64,000 nucleotides of DNA from Chiloscyllium plagiosum (Eukaryota), in contig NC_057758.1 of the NCBI RefSeq assembly GCF_004010195.1, forward strand, positions 2,454,205-2,518,204, given 5' to 3'. A program made the translations under genes and the position numbers. Numbering within the stretch: position 1 is the stretch's first letter; every line of letters starts with the position of its first letter. This document shows, piece by piece, positions 61,890 through 64,000 of this stretch. The notes below the pieces were generated by a model. It saw nothing but the letters and a program-made list of their open reading frames with translations, was not told the DNA's origin and made no database searches.

Positions 61890-63869
61890 TATACAGAAAG
61901 AGAAAAAGGAAACAAAAGAGAGAAACAGTAAAAGAAATGCAGTGAGAGAAAGTGAAAAAGAGAGCTATTGACATAGACAGAGAGATAGAAAGAGAGGCAG
62001 CTGAAAAAAATGAGAATAGGCAAAGAGAAAGAGAGCACGTGGGCAGGAGAGAGATTGGCAGACATATAAAGCAACAAAGAGAGAGATGCAGATAGAGTAG
62101 AAAATAAAGAGAGACAGAAAGACAGAGCGATATGAGAAAGTCAGGTTGACGGCACAGCTAAAGAGTGGGGGCAAAGAGTACAATAGGTGGATGGGAGTGG
62201 GGATGAAGGTGATAGGTTAGAGAGGAGGTTGGCGCGGATAGGTGGGAAGGAAGATTGGCAGGTAGGTCAGAGAATGTAACAAGTAAAGTTAAAAGAAAGG
62301 GAGAGGATGGGAGTATGTGACAAGTAAAAGCTGAAAGAAAGGAAGGGGATGCAAGTGAGTTAAGAGCTTCACGGCAGAGGAGATGACCTGGGGGTTGCGA
62401 TGAGAGAGAGAGACTCACTGAGATTCTTGTAGAGAGAGGAGGAGAACTCTTTCAAGGTAGGCATCCTTGCAAGAGGCTTCACAGTAAGGTTAAAATCAAC
62501 TTCGAGAAAATGTGGACTGCAGGTGCGGTAGATCAGAGTCGACAGTGGGATGCTGGAAAAGCACAGTTGGTCAGGCAGCATCCGAGGAGCAGGTGGATCG
62601 ACGTTTTGGGCAAAAGCCCTTCATCGAGAATGTGTTTGAGTGTGTTTGCGTAGAGGGTGTGGAGTGCTGGGGGTTGGTGCTTCACTGCCCTATGAGCAGT
62701 TAGGGCTGAGCAATAAATGCTGGCATAGTCAGTGACACTCACATTCCATTTTGGTATTTTTCCTGAAAAAAATGGCAGATAACGACAGACAGAGACACAG
62801 AAGGGCAGATAGTGACCCAGTGACAGAAAGAGAGAGAGCGAGAGAGAGAGAGAGAGAATTGTCTGAATAAGGAGCGGAAAACATAATGAGTGAGAGAGCA
62901 TCTCTGACAGAGGCTGAAAGAATGTGGCAGAGAACAGCAGAGAGACAGAGCAACAAAGATGGAGAGAGGGATAACAACTGAGGGAGAGAGAGAGGAAGAA
63001 AGGAAATGAAACACAGAGTGTGCAGTGGAAAAAACGAAGAGATAGGGAGAGAGTAAAAGGTATAGACAGAGAGAATGTGACACAGAGAGGCAGGCAGAGA
63101 AAGACAGCCAGAGACAAACAGACAGACGGAGAGTGACAGAGAGTGACAGCGTGGGAAAGATAAAGAGAGAGAAAGAGATCGATGGAGCGACAGTGACAGA
63201 TAGAGGTAAACAGACAGACAGAGACAAAAAGACAAACAGCAGGATAGAGAGTAAGGAAGGGAGAGAGTGATTGTCAGACAGAAAGGACGGACAATAAGGA
63301 ATGGAAGAGGGAAACACAGGAAGACAGAAAGAGAGAAACTGACAGAGAGAGAAAAAGAGAAATAAAGATGGCAACTGTGTCGCCAAGAATTACAGAGAAA
63401 GAATGAGAAAAGCAGAGAGATAGATAGAACAATGCAGAGAAACTGAGAACGGCAAAGTGAGAGGGAAGAAGACTCATCAAAGGAATGAAAAAAAAGAAAA
63501 CTGGAATGAGAGCGATAGAGAGAAAGAGAAAGTGGTAGTGAGATAGGAAACATCGAAAGAGAGCCAGCGACAGAGTGGAAGAGACAGAAATAGGTAAAGA
63601 TAAAGTGGAGATGGAAAAAGAGAAAAAGAGAAACAGAGTGAGAAAATGAAAGTGATAGAAAGGGAGTGACAGTGTAATTTGTAGAAAAAAGAGAGAAACA
63701 GAGAGGGGTTAGAGAGAAAGAGGGATAATTAAAGTCTAGGAGAAAGACAGCCATACAGAAAGAGAGACCAAGAGAGAGACAGACAGAGACAGAAAGATTA
63801 TCAGAAGAAGAGAGCATATGGAGAGAGAGTGAGAGAGTCAGACAGGAAAATAAACAAGGAACACAACAT
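61890..63869. repeat. GA-rich polypurine low-complexity tract (also 59050-59460 and 60515-60725), with Penelope-type pieces at ~62140-62630
   Basis: Degenerate (GA)n/(GACA)n on +; produces spurious Leu/Ser/Phe-rich ORFs on minus. Confidence 0.85.
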
Positions 63870-64000
63870 GGGCGGCACGGTGGCACAGTGGTTAGCACTG
63901 TTGCCTCACAGCGCCAGAGACCTGGGTTCATTTCCCGCCTCAGGCGACTGACTGTGTGGATTCTGCACATTCTCCCCGTGTCTGTGTGGGTTTCCTCCGG
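63870..64000 (+). mobile_element. HE1 SINE 5' part, cut by the window edge
   Basis: GGGCGGCACGGTGGCACAGTGGTTAGC...GGTTCATTTCC. Confidence 0.9.

Noticed and set aside
62533..63970. Long minus-strand ORFs (413, 215 and 194 aa) resembling membrane proteins
   Set aside because: By-product of CT-rich low complexity, which is stop-poor; they overlap in several frames and the longest starts in an HE1 SINE.

Overview
Eukaryotic, repeat-dense DNA from a cartilaginous fish. The shark-type HE1 SINEs and CR1/HER1 LINEs are the basis for that call; the species cannot be determined from the sequence. The window holds a tandem, same-strand cluster of three two-exon GPR139/GPR142-like class A GPCR genes. 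Copy 1 is intact: exon 1 at 1182-1341 and exon 2 at 16271-17160, joined by a phase-1 GT-AG intron of 14,929 bp, giving 349 aa. Copy 2 (~49141-52085) is a pseudogene from a segmental duplication of copy 1 and its 3' flank. Copy 3 (~56090-59030) is a more distant pseudogene, interrupted by a Penelope-derived 100-bp-arm palindrome. Most of the rest is nested retroelements: two decayed Gmr1-type Gypsy LTR elements (SCAN-like gag; integrase upstream of RT in the more complete one), solo LTRs, many CR1 LINE pieces, about ten HE1 SINEs, a Penelope element, Penelope terminal fragments with hammerhead-ribozyme core motifs, and a rearranged Tx1 LINE. The window ends in a GA-rich low-complexity tract. 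All alignments were done by eye, so repeat boundaries are approximate.
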